Positions 9,333 through 18,000 of a DNA stretch of 64,000 bases are shown here, piece after piece (position 1 is the first letter of the stretch; every line of letters begins with the position of its first letter). This DNA is from a virus. Its lineage: Duplodnaviria > Caudoviricetes. The notes under the pieces are model-generated. The model did not search any database. It was not told the DNA's origin and saw only the letters and a list, made by a program, of their open reading frames with translations. The DNA is taken from IMG/VR virus record IMGVR_UViG_2862465376_000001, positions 32,001-96,000 of that record. One strand, given 5' to 3'. Made by a program: the position numbers and the translations under genes.

Positions 9333-10337
9333 ATGGCCGCTACGGATGTGACCGGCACGTACGAGACCGACGCGGCGGTCGGCACCAAGGGTGAGCCGGG
9401 TTCGGGACCCGTGGCGGTCACGCAGCCCGACACCAGCGGTGCGGGCCTGGTGGACGCTCAGGGGTGGGAGCCGACGCCGACGCCGATCCTGGGGACGCGG
9501 GACACGCTGGCGGGCACCGTCAACGACGTGTACCCGGCGTACAAGCCGCCGTCGGGGCCGCCCCCGGCGAGCAACAAGGACACGACACTGACGGACTCGC
9601 CGGTCGGCAACGGCCTGGAAGAGCTGATCAACCCGGACCTGTGGATGGACGGCACGCTGGACACGTCGAACCTCGGCGCGGAGCCGGTCGGCAACACGGC
9701 CGTGCCGCTGAAGCCTGCCGCTCCGACGGCGGCGGCGGGCGACCGGTACATCCTGGTGTCCTGGACGCCGGTGCCGGATCCGTCCGACGCGGAAGTCCTC
9801 CAGTACGTGGTCGAGTCGGACACGGGCGGCCACTTCTACGCGGGGGCGGACAAGACCAGCCTGCGCTTCGAGAACGTGACGGGCGGCCTGGGCTACAGGT
9901 TCCGTGTGCGGGCGGGCAACGAGAACGGCACGGGGCCGTACTCGGACTGGTCGGCGGCCGTCAAGCCGTCGAACGAGGACCTGATCCGTCCGACGTCGCT
10001 GGCGCCGGACAACGCCGTCAACCCGATCTACCGGCAGGACGGCACGCTCGTGCCGGGCTCGTACGGTGCGCCGACGGCGCCGGGGAAGCCGACGGTGGCC
10101 GCCGAGGGGACGGCGGGGACGGCGAAGGTCACCTGGACGGCCCCTTCGTCGGGTCAGCCGTCGGGCGGCTATGACGTCAAGGCGTCGTCCGGGCAGAAGG
10201 TCCACGTCGGTCCGGCCGTGCTCACCGCGAACGTGCCGGGCCTGACGGTCGGTGCGAACGTGACCTTCACGGTCACCGCGATCGGCCAGCTGCAGAACGC
10301 CACTTCGCCCGCGTCCAACGCGTACACCGTGGTCTGA
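9333..10337 (+). CDS. Fibronectin type III domain virion protein (two FN3 domains)
   Basis: ILVSWTP...YRFRVRAGNENGTGPYS and AKVTWTAP...TFTVTA signatures. Confidence 0.8.
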   Translation: MAATDVTGTYETDAAVGTKGEPGSGPVAVTQPDTSGAGLVDAQGWEPTPTPILGTRDTLAGTVNDVYPAYKPPSGPPPASNKDTTLTDSPVGNGLEELINPDLWMDGTLDTSNLGAEPVGNTAVPLKPAAPTAAAGDRYILVSWTPVPDPSDAEVLQYVVESDTGGHFYAGADKTSLRFENVTGGLGYRFRVRAGNENGTGPYSDWSAAVKPSNEDLIRPTSLAPDNAVNPIYRQDGTLVPGSYGAPTAPGKPTVAAEGTAGTAKVTWTAPSSGQPSGGYDVKASSGQKVHVGPAVLTANVPGLTVGANVTFTVTAIGQLQNATSPASNAYTVV

Positions 10338-10350
10338 GTTCAGCTGGTCC

Positions 10351-10386
10351 AGCAGCCCCGTCCCGCGACTTCGGGACGGGGCTGCT
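10351..10386 (+). terminator. Stem-loop terminator
   Basis: AGCAGCCCCGTCCCG ... CGGGACGGGGCTGCT. Confidence 0.75.
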
Positions 10387-10388
10387 TG

Positions 10389-10423
10389 CTGTTCGTGCCC
10401 GGTCATCGGCCGCCAAGGGGCGA
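10389..10423 (+). promoter_or_regulatory. Candidate late promoter motif
   Basis: CTGTTC-N20-AAGGGGCGA. Confidence 0.55.
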
Positions 10424-10447
10424 AGGCGACCGAGGAGAGGGCATCCG

Positions 10448-11107
10448 ATGAGCGGTACGACACCACGGCTGGGGCTGAAGACTTTCGACCAGTCCGACCC
10501 CTTCCTGCGTGGCGACTTCAACGACAACAACGCGCGTCTGGACGCCTATCCGGGGCACTTCATCTGCACGTCGCAGTCGCGGCCCGCGTGGGGTCCGGCG
10601 CAGTCCGGGATGCGGATCTACGAGACGGACACGCGGCGGGAGCTGGAGTGGCGGGGGACGCAGTGGCGTGAGGTGCTGAGTGCGCCGCCGGTGTTCCCGG
10701 GGTACGCGCGGCCGAACATCACGCTGGGCCTGGACTCCCACGTCTACTACAAGCTGGGCACGTTCAACCTGAACCGGCCGGGGTCGCTGATGGTGAACCT
10801 GGCGGTCGAGGTCGCCGTCCAGTCGCTGTACACGATGAACCTCTACTTCCGCACGCAGATCGACGGCGCGGACGCGCTGCTGGGTGACGGCGGCTCCTAC
10901 ATCCGCGTGGAGCAGGTGCACACGTCGGGGTCCGGCTGGCAGAGGACGTACATGGTGCCGGTGATGGGCATGCGCTCGGTCAGCGCGGGCTCCCACAACT
11001 TCGGCATCCACATGTGGACCCAGCTGGGGTCGACGACGAAGACGGGGTCCGCGCGACTGGTGACGGCGCGCGGCACGGCGCTGCTCGTGAACTCGACGGA
11101 CACCTGA
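10448..11107 (+). CDS. Fibre/whisker-like virion protein
   Basis: N-terminal TTPRLGL..F...D.FLR.DFNDN..RLD and GMRIYETDT motifs resemble phage fibre N-termini. Confidence 0.55.
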   Translation: MSGTTPRLGLKTFDQSDPFLRGDFNDNNARLDAYPGHFICTSQSRPAWGPAQSGMRIYETDTRRELEWRGTQWREVLSAPPVFPGYARPNITLGLDSHVYYKLGTFNLNRPGSLMVNLAVEVAVQSLYTMNLYFRTQIDGADALLGDGGSYIRVEQVHTSGSGWQRTYMVPVMGMRSVSAGSHNFGIHMWTQLGSTTKTGSARLVTARGTALLVNSTDT

Positions 11108-11982
11108 TGGCGGCCGACGAGTACACGGACCGGGCCTACGTTTCCCGGTACGGGGCGGCGGAGTTCGGGCTGCAGGTCATGCGTCAGGGCTCGCCGGGGG
11201 ATGCGGACGGCCCGGTCACGGCGGCGCTGCTGCACGACGACGACGCGGCCACGCAGGTGTTCTCGCGGGCTGCGGACCATCCGGGGGCCGGGAAGTACTC
11301 GGTGCGTCTGTCGTCGAAGGAGACGGCCACTCCGGGCCCGTACGTGCTGGTGTGGACGTACACCGTGGGCGGGTCGGACGAGGAGTGGCGGGTCTGGCTG
11401 GAGGTCGGGAAGACCGCGCCGGAGTACGACGTCCTGGCGGACCCGATGAAGGGGATCATCGAGCAGACGTGGAACCGGTTCTCGGACCTGTTCGACTACG
11501 CCACCGAGGGCCCTCACCTACAGACCTACATCCAGTCGAACTTCGGGCGGAACCGGCTGGCGCAGCTGCTCAGGATCGCTGTCGGCCGCCTGAACACGAT
11601 GGCGCAGCCGTACCAGACCTACACGATCGACGGTGACGGCGGGGCTTCTTTCCCGGTGGCCAAGTGGGGGTCGCTGCTGGAGTCGGCGCTGTACGTGGAG
11701 TGCCTGCGGCACCTGATCCGCTCGTACGTCGAGCAGCCGGAAGTGCAGTCGGGCTCGGGTGTGTCGCGGCTGGACCGGCGGGACTACAAGGACCGCTGGG
11801 AGGAGGTCCTGGCGGTCGAGGAGCCGGTGCTGAAGCAGCAGCTCGACGTTTTCAAGATCTCTCACCTGGGCCTGGGGACCGCCCGGGTTCTGGTGAGTGG
11901 GGGCGCCTATGGCAGATACGGCCCAACTCGCCTACCTTTGTCCGAAGCTGCGCGACCTAGGTGGCTTACTCGTTTCCATTGA
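11107..11982 (+). CDS. Putative head-tail adaptor / neck protein
   Basis: TGATG coupling to the upstream gene; position in the head-tail region. Confidence 0.5.
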   Translation: MAADEYTDRAYVSRYGAAEFGLQVMRQGSPGDADGPVTAALLHDDDAATQVFSRAADHPGAGKYSVRLSSKETATPGPYVLVWTYTVGGSDEEWRVWLEVGKTAPEYDVLADPMKGIIEQTWNRFSDLFDYATEGPHLQTYIQSNFGRNRLAQLLRIAVGRLNTMAQPYQTYTIDGDGGASFPVAKWGSLLESALYVECLRHLIRSYVEQPEVQSGSGVSRLDRRDYKDRWEEVLAVEEPVLKQQLDVFKISHLGLGTARVLVSGGAYGRYGPTRLPLSEAARPRWLTRFH

Positions 11983-12014
11983 TTACTAGCCTGACCAGTG
12001 GATACCATTCCTCT

Positions 12015-12719
12015 GTGGCAGACAAGAAGATCAAAGGCGGGCGTCCTCCAGTCGAAGATCCAGTGGCCCACTTCTGGGCCCACGTGGACTCGTCGGGGGG
12101 CGCCGACGCATGCTGGCCGTGGACTCTCTCCGTCGTCAAGACGACTGGGTACGGCCAGTTCAACAACAGGGCGGCCGGACGCAATTCGTGCCACGTCTTC
12201 GCCTTCAAACTCGCCTATGGCCCTGTCCCTGACGGGCACGTCGTAGACCACACCTGCCACAACCGAGACACGACATGCCCTGGCGGCAAGACGTGTCTCC
12301 ACCGGCGGTGTTGCAACCCCGCTCATCTTGAGGCCGTGGACTCGCATCGCGAGAACGCCCGTAGGGCCAATGAGCCCCGCAAGCGGGCGGAGTTCGCTGA
12401 GTGCTGCGCGAATGGCCACCCCTGGAAGCCGGACAACGAGAAGTGGGTGACCAGCACCAGCGGCTACCGGACTCGCCAGTGCCGGGCGTGCAATCGCGAC
12501 CGGATGTACAAGAAGAGGACCGGTAGGGACCGCCCCGCACCCACTGACGTGTCGCTCTCCAGAGCAGGGTGCGAAACGTGCCGCCGGGGCCATAAGTACA
12601 CGCCCGAGAACACGAAGTACGACTCGACCACAGGGAAGCGTCGCTGCCGCGCCTGCGAGCGGATCAACGACCAGAACGCCAAGGCTCGCGCAAGAGCAAG
12701 AAAGGCTGCTGCCAAGTAG
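12015..12719 (+). CDS. HNH homing endonuclease with repeated C..GH / C..C zinc motifs
   Basis: CWPW, GYGQF, VVDHTC, CCNPAHLEAV..ENA; lower GC3 than its neighbours. Confidence 0.85.
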   Translation: MADKKIKGGRPPVEDPVAHFWAHVDSSGGADACWPWTLSVVKTTGYGQFNNRAAGRNSCHVFAFKLAYGPVPDGHVVDHTCHNRDTTCPGGKTCLHRRCCNPAHLEAVDSHRENARRANEPRKRAEFAECCANGHPWKPDNEKWVTSTSGYRTRQCRACNRDRMYKKRTGRDRPAPTDVSLSRAGCETCRRGHKYTPENTKYDSTTGKRRCRACERINDQNAKARARARKAAAK

Positions 12720-12743
12720 CGGTTCAGCAACGCCAAGGGGTGA
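12709..12743 (+). promoter_or_regulatory. Candidate late promoter motif
   Basis: CTGCCA-N20-AAGGGGTGA. Confidence 0.5.
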
Positions 12744-12760
12744 CCGGAAGGAGCCCCCCT

Positions 12761-14590
12761 TTGGCTGCGAACAAGATGCCGCTGGGCAGTGCGGGCCAGA
12801 CCCTCGCAGCGGGCCCCGTGTCGACGCTGATGCCAGGGGTGACCTACCAGGAACTCACCCAGGGGTACGCGTCGAACGTGTGGTCCGTGTGGGCCTGGCG
12901 TGTCGGCGGTCCTGAGACGTACGGCAATCAGGCGACCGCCCAGGCCCTGGTGACGGAGCTGAGCGGCCTGGGATTCGCCAGCCGTCTGGATACCCTCACC
13001 GCGTTCGCGGCTGCGGACACGGCGGGCGGCGTGATCGGCTACGCCGTCCGGGTGGGCAGTTTCGCCCCTCAGCAGATGAACGAGGCGGTCACGCTTCAGG
13101 CGTCGCTGGTCAGTGCGGGATACCAGGGCCGGGTGATCTACACGGCCGAGGACGGCGTTCCGTCGGAAGGACCCTGGGAGGTCCGGGTCGTACGTGTGGA
13201 CGCCGACGCTAAGGTGCGGCTCAAGGCGGTCCACGGCGCGCAGGTCAGCACGTCGAAGACGGTGCGTTCCATGGCCGTCGCGAGCAGGGCTCTGGTCGCG
13301 GTCAACGGCGGCGAGTTCGACATCAAGACCATGGCCGGGCACTCCGGCTACGAGGTCCCGCAGGGCCTGTACGTGCAGGACAACACGCTGCTCAGCGCCG
13401 CCAACAACGGGCGGACCGCCTTGCTGCTGGAGGGCGTCGGGCAGCGGGTCCGGGTCACAGAGGCGTCCTCGTCCTTGCGTATCAAGACCGTTGACGGGGC
13501 CGAGAGGGCCGTGGACGGTATCAACCGGGTGCCCAGCCGTGTCCTGGGCTGCGGCGGCGTCGGCGGCGACACGCTTGTGGTCGACGGTGTTGCCACTCCC
13601 ACGCTGAAGCCGTGGCGCAACCTGATCTGTACGGACCCCGACGAGGTCGTCATCTTCCGCCCGGAGTGGGGCGCCGCGACTCCTGCCCCCTGGCAGGGGG
13701 TGACCAACAGCGTCGATGTCGTCATGAACGGCAACTGGGTGGTGCAGGAGCTGCGTTCTCCGGCTGGCGGAGCCATCCCCACGGGCGGCCGGGTTCTGCA
13801 GGGGATCGGGACGGGCGCGGACTGGCTGCGGACGCACGCCAAGGTCGGGGAGATGGTCACGCCTACGGCGAGCATCACCGACGCGGCGGGGGCGGCGGTC
13901 ACAAGTCCCACGCTGTCGGGTGTGGCCGGAGGCGGCCCGGCTCTGGTCCGGGGAGGAGCGAAGTCGGTCAACATCGGTGCGAACGGCATGACGTCCTTCA
14001 CCGGTGCCCCAAACCTGTCGTCTGTCCAGCGGCATCCGCGCACTCTGGCCGGGGTGACCGCGTCCGGTCAGTTCCTGCTGGTGACGGTCGACGGCCGCAA
14101 TCCAGGGCGCAGTGTGGGGCTCACCTGGTCGGAGGCTGCCGACCTGATGCTCTGGCTCGGCGCGACGGAGGCTGTCGGGCTGGGCAGCGGCGGGGACACC
14201 GCCATGGTCGTCAGTAACGCGCTGAGCAACAGCCCCAGAGACACCTGGAACACGCAGGACACGATCCCGTACGAGCGGTCGGTGGCCACGGCTGTCGTCG
14301 TCGTCCCTGACGATGTGCAGCCCGCCCCGGTCTCCACGATCCCGGCCGGAATCTCGGGCTGGGACGCACCGCTCAACGAAGCCCTGGTCGGCCTGCAGAC
14401 GCAGATCAGCTACCTGACGGCGGCAACGGCTGCTGTGGTCGAGCAGCTCGGTGACGGGACCGGGCTGCCGCTGCAGAACGTCGCGGCCACCCCGGCCACC
14501 ACGCCCACGGGCGGGGTCCTGTACGTCGAGGCCGGGGTGCTGAAGTACCGGGGCGGCAAGGGAACCGTCACAACTCTGGGACCAGCGTAA
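12761..14590 (+). CDS. Phosphodiester glycosidase (NAGPA-family) protein with a fibre-like C-terminal tag
   Basis: AVNGGEF, GGGPALV, RHPRTLAGV, LLVTVDGR and LGSGGDTAMV motifs; TTG start after AAGGAG; no signal peptide. Confidence 0.8.
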   Translation: MAANKMPLGSAGQTLAAGPVSTLMPGVTYQELTQGYASNVWSVWAWRVGGPETYGNQATAQALVTELSGLGFASRLDTLTAFAAADTAGGVIGYAVRVGSFAPQQMNEAVTLQASLVSAGYQGRVIYTAEDGVPSEGPWEVRVVRVDADAKVRLKAVHGAQVSTSKTVRSMAVASRALVAVNGGEFDIKTMAGHSGYEVPQGLYVQDNTLLSAANNGRTALLLEGVGQRVRVTEASSSLRIKTVDGAERAVDGINRVPSRVLGCGGVGGDTLVVDGVATPTLKPWRNLICTDPDEVVIFRPEWGAATPAPWQGVTNSVDVVMNGNWVVQELRSPAGGAIPTGGRVLQGIGTGADWLRTHAKVGEMVTPTASITDAAGAAVTSPTLSGVAGGGPALVRGGAKSVNIGANGMTSFTGAPNLSSVQRHPRTLAGVTASGQFLLVTVDGRNPGRSVGLTWSEAADLMLWLGATEAVGLGSGGDTAMVVSNALSNSPRDTWNTQDTIPYERSVATAVVVVPDDVQPAPVSTIPAGISGWDAPLNEALVGLQTQISYLTAATAAVVEQLGDGTGLPLQNVAATPATTPTGGVLYVEAGVLKYRGGKGTVTTLGPA

Positions 14591-14599
14591 GGAGGAGCC

Positions 14600-14770
14600 A
14601 TGTCCGGTTGCGCCCACGAAGGCCCTGCACCATCCCGGGAGTTCGACCTGACGAACATCGAGGCGAACCAGGTGGTCTGCACGCATCGCGTCTGCAGCCA
14701 CGGCCAGACCGTCGTCTCCCTCTACGAGGCCGAGAAGTTCCGCATCCTGCACATCTGCCCCACCACCTGA
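14600..14770 (+). CDS. Small Cys/His-rich protein (56 aa, missing from the ORF track)
   Basis: AAGGAGGAG RBS; MSGCAHEGPAPSREFDLTNIEANQVVCTHRVCSHG...HICPTT. Confidence 0.6.
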   Translation: MSGCAHEGPAPSREFDLTNIEANQVVCTHRVCSHGQTVVSLYEAEKFRILHICPTT

Positions 14771-14783
14771 CAAGGAGTCACCC

Positions 14784-14966
14784 ATGGCGTACACCGTCAC
14801 ACTCAAGGCCGGTCTGCAGGACGTCGTACTGCCGAACGGCAGCCGATACCAGGGAGAGGACGTCGTCGTGCTCAGCGACGAGCACTACGGCGTCATCCCG
14901 GCCTCCACCCGGGCGGCCGTCTTCTCCGCCGAGGCTGTCGTCCCGGTCCCGGCTCCGGCGGCCTGA
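14784..14966 (+). CDS. Small hypothetical protein
   Basis: AAGGAG RBS; coupled to the next gene. Confidence 0.7.
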   Translation: MAYTVTLKAGLQDVVLPNGSRYQGEDVVVLSDEHYGVIPASTRAAVFSAEAVVPVPAPAA

Positions 14967-15631
14967 TGAGCACCGTCCGGGGCGAGTACGTCCGCTCGAA
15001 GCAGTCCTGGGCCGTCGACCAGGAACGGCTCAGGCACAGCCAGGCCCTGCACATGCTGGGTGAGAACGTCATGTTCTGCCTGCTGTGGACGGCGCGGGAC
15101 TACGAGAACCAGTTGGTCGGTCTGTGCACGGTGTGCGCCAGCGACCGTATCTCGAAGGCGTACGGGCAGGCGTCGCGGAACAAGTGCCCGTCCTGCTTCG
15201 GCACCCGCTTCGAGGGCGGCTACCGGGCGCTGATCGTGCGCCCGGCCATCTTCACGGACGCCGACGACTCCCAGTCCTTCACCGCGCGCGGCGTCGTCAC
15301 CCCGCAGGAGGTCCACCTGGAGACGACCAGCGACTTCCGGGTGCACAGCGGCGACTACGCGATGCGCGCCACGGGCGAGCGCCTGCAGCTGCGCGTGCCG
15401 CAGCGGACCACGCTGCGCACCGGCTTCGGTACGCCGTACCAGCGTGAGGCCGCCACGGCGTACAACCTGGCGCGCGCGGCCGTCGAGGACGAGGACTCGG
15501 TGGCCTACCTGATTCCTCCGGCCACTGAGCCGCTGATCGAGATCCTGTCCCGGACCGGGCACACGCCGCCGTCGTTCGATGACGTGGAAATAATTCGCGC
15601 TCCGCTGATCCCGCTGTACGAGCAAGACTGA
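14966..15631 (+). CDS. Putative head-closure / neck protein with CxxC...CxxC
   Basis: CTVC...CPSCFGTRFEGGY pattern as in myovirus head-completion proteins; synteny. Confidence 0.55.
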   Translation: MSTVRGEYVRSKQSWAVDQERLRHSQALHMLGENVMFCLLWTARDYENQLVGLCTVCASDRISKAYGQASRNKCPSCFGTRFEGGYRALIVRPAIFTDADDSQSFTARGVVTPQEVHLETTSDFRVHSGDYAMRATGERLQLRVPQRTTLRTGFGTPYQREAATAYNLARAAVEDEDSVAYLIPPATEPLIEILSRTGHTPPSFDDVEIIRAPLIPLYEQD

Positions 15632-15667
15632 CCTCGCCCGCCAAGACCACCACCCAGGGGTACCGCC

Positions 15668-16411
15668 ATGCCCGATAAGATCCTGCCACCCGACGAGACC
15701 ACGCCGTTCACCATCCGTAACGACGTCACTGTCGAGCTGGTCAAGCACGACGCGGCCGACTCCGACGTGGCCACTGCCGCCCGTGTATCCACCGTCGGAG
15801 AGAGCCACGAGCGGATCGTTGACCTGGCCAAGGACTCCGGCCTGATCAACTACCTCATGCGGGACCGGCACGGCAGCCCGTTCGAGCACAACTCGATGAC
15901 CTTCTTCGTCAGCGCCCCGATCTTCGTCTTCCGCGAGATGATGCGCCACAGGGTCGGCTGGTCGTACAACGAGGAGTCCGGCCGATACAAGGAGCTGGAG
16001 CCGGTCTTCTACGTGCCCGCATCGGACCGCAAGCTGGTCCAACAAGGGCGCCCTGGAAAGTACGAGTTCGTCGAGGGCACCGACGAGCAGATGAACCTCA
16101 CCAGGAACCTACTGGCGAGGAGCGCGCTGGAGTCATACGAGGTCTACCAGACCCTCCTGGAACAGGGCATCGCCCGCGAGGTGGCCCGCACGGTCCTGCC
16201 GCTGAACATCTACTCGTCGCTGTACGCCACCTGCAACGCGCGCTCGCTGATGCACTTCCTCGGGCTGCGCACGACGCACCCGGACGCCAAGGTGCCCTCC
16301 TTCCCGCAGCGGGAGATCGAGATGGTCGGCGAGAAGATGGAGGCGGAGTGGGCCCGGCTCATGCCGCTCACCTACGCTGCCTTCAACGCCAACGGCCGCG
16401 TCGCACCGTAG
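15668..16411 (+). CDS. thyX: FAD-dependent thymidylate synthase
   Basis: HGSPFEH and RHRVGWSYNEESGRY ThyX motifs. Confidence 0.95.
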   Translation: MPDKILPPDETTPFTIRNDVTVELVKHDAADSDVATAARVSTVGESHERIVDLAKDSGLINYLMRDRHGSPFEHNSMTFFVSAPIFVFREMMRHRVGWSYNEESGRYKELEPVFYVPASDRKLVQQGRPGKYEFVEGTDEQMNLTRNLLARSALESYEVYQTLLEQGIAREVARTVLPLNIYSSLYATCNARSLMHFLGLRTTHPDAKVPSFPQREIEMVGEKMEAEWARLMPLTYAAFNANGRVAP

Positions 16412-16415
16412 CCAG

Positions 16416-16464
16416 GCGCACAGCAGCCCGCCACCAGTCCAGACGGTGGCGGGCTGCTGTGCGC
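16416..16464. terminator. Bidirectional terminator between convergent thyX and the toxin gene
   Basis: 20-bp perfect inverted repeat GCGCACAGCAGCCCGCCACC. Confidence 0.8.
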
Positions 16465-16782
16465 TCAGGCGGGCCCAGGGACGAAGATCTCGTGCCCGCC
16501 GACCCGGCGCCAGACGACGTGCGGCTCACCTTCCCGGACCATCGGCCCGAACTGCCAGGTGGCCCGGCCGTCGGGGGCCCAGGTCATTTCCATGATGGGA
16601 CTCTCGCCCGCAGGGATGTTGACTCCCTGTACGGGCTTGACCCGGAGGCCGGGCCGGAACTGCCCTACCGCAACATCCGGAACGAACTTGTTCTGAATGA
16701 TGTCCTCGAAGCGCTTCTTGTCCTCGGGGCTGAGCCTCTTGAAGTCGCGCTTGAAGTGGGCAGCGGTCTCGAACGTTGGCAA
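16465..16782 (-). CDS. RelE/ParE-superfamily-like toxin
   Basis: MPTFETAAHFKRDFKRL...LRVKPVQG...EMTWAPDGRATW...WRRVGGHEIF; downstream of an AbrB antitoxin. Confidence 0.7.
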   Translation of the reverse strand: MPTFETAAHFKRDFKRLSPEDKKRFEDIIQNKFVPDVAVGQFRPGLRVKPVQGVNIPAGESPIMEMTWAPDGRATWQFGPMVREGEPHVVWRRVGGHEIFVPGPA

Positions 16783-16804
16783 TAGGGCCTCCGGATGCTA
16801 GGGG

Positions 16805-17098
16805 TCAGTCGTCTGCGTTGAGGTGCGCGAACATGTCGTCGGCACTCTCGTGGACGGTGGTGCGTCCGGCCGCGATGTCCTCGCTTGCCTGGCGCTCCCC
16901 CTCCTGCCACTCCTTGGTCCAGAACCAGGTCTGGTCGGAGCGGATCTTCTTCAGTCCGTGGACCTCGACGACACCTGCGTCGCTGACCTCGAACTCAAGC
17001 TCATCTCCTGGGGAGACCCCCAGTGCCTCACGCACGCGTACAGGCAGCGTCAGCTGGCCCTTTTCACGCACGCGAGTCCTGGACGTAGCCGTAGCCAT
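16805..17098 (-). CDS. AbrB/MazE/SpoVT-family antitoxin
   Basis: RVREKGQLTLPVRVREALGVSPGDELEF; C-terminal QTWFWTKEWQEGERQASEDIAAGR. Confidence 0.85.
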   Translation of the reverse strand: MATATSRTRVREKGQLTLPVRVREALGVSPGDELEFEVSDAGVVEVHGLKKIRSDQTWFWTKEWQEGERQASEDIAAGRTTVHESADDMFAHLNADD

Positions 17099-17224
17099 GG
17101 ATGTCCTCCCACTGTCACCTTCCATGTTTCCGTGCTACCAAGCTACCCCAGAACTAGTAACTATCAAACTCTCCTACATTCCAACTTTCTCACATTCTAC
17201 CATCGTCCTTAGTAGTCACCGGGG

Positions 17225-17259
17225 CTGTCCGCGCCTCCTCCGCCGCCCTCAAGGGGTGA
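17225..17259 (+). promoter_or_regulatory. Candidate late promoter motif
   Basis: CTGTCC-N20-AAGGGGTGA. Confidence 0.65.
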
Positions 17260-17274
17260 ACAGAGGAGGCACGC

Positions 17275-18000
17275 GTGCAGGCCGAGGTCCCCGAGGTCCA
17301 CCTGGTCGCCACCCCCGACCGGATGATCATGATCGAGAAGGGCCTGTCCCCGAAGCGGGCCCAGGCCGCCGCCCGGGAGGCGGTGCGGCAGGCCCGGCGC
17401 CGGATGCCGAAGATGAGCGGCGCGGCGGCGCGCGGGATGCAGCCGATCTACGGCAAGGGGTACTTCGGGATCTCGTGGGCGACGCAGGTGGTCTGGTACC
17501 AGGACCACGGCACGAAGGCCTTCACCATGCGGAACCTGGCTGGCAAGACGATCCCCATGTGGATCGACGACCCGACGGGCCAGGAGCGGCGGGACAACCC
17601 GAAGGCGAAGACCCGGGTCACGGAGTCCGGCAAGGTGCAGGTGCTGATCTTCCGGCGGGCGGCGAAGATCGGGCAGCGCAAGAAGGTCTACCGGCGGGAC
17701 CCGAAGACGGGCCTGAAGGTCGTCGTCTCCGACACCCCCGCGCACTACCCGGGCGCCCCGGGCCGGATCGGGTGGCGTGAGGCGAAGCAGCCGTGGACGC
17801 GGCCGGGCAAGCGCCCTGGAGCCATCCACCCCGGGAACATCGGCGTCTGGTGGCGGCACCCGGGCCTGAAGCCGCGCTCGTTCCTGAACACCTCCATGAC
17901 CCTGGCAGCGCAGAAGCACGGCCTGCTGGCCGGGCGGGTCTACGTGGCAGACAAGGGGTGGAGAAACTACGTACGCTTGCACGGCGAGGAGTTCAAATGA
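17275..18000 (+). CDS. Basic neck / tail-completion protein
   Basis: Very basic; WRHPGLKPRSFL motif resembling HK97 gp10-like proteins; synteny. Confidence 0.5.
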   Translation: MQAEVPEVHLVATPDRMIMIEKGLSPKRAQAAAREAVRQARRRMPKMSGAAARGMQPIYGKGYFGISWATQVVWYQDHGTKAFTMRNLAGKTIPMWIDDPTGQERRDNPKAKTRVTESGKVQVLIFRRAAKIGQRKKVYRRDPKTGLKVVVSDTPAHYPGAPGRIGWREAKQPWTRPGKRPGAIHPGNIGVWWRHPGLKPRSFLNTSMTLAAQKHGLLAGRVYVADKGWRNYVRLHGEEFK

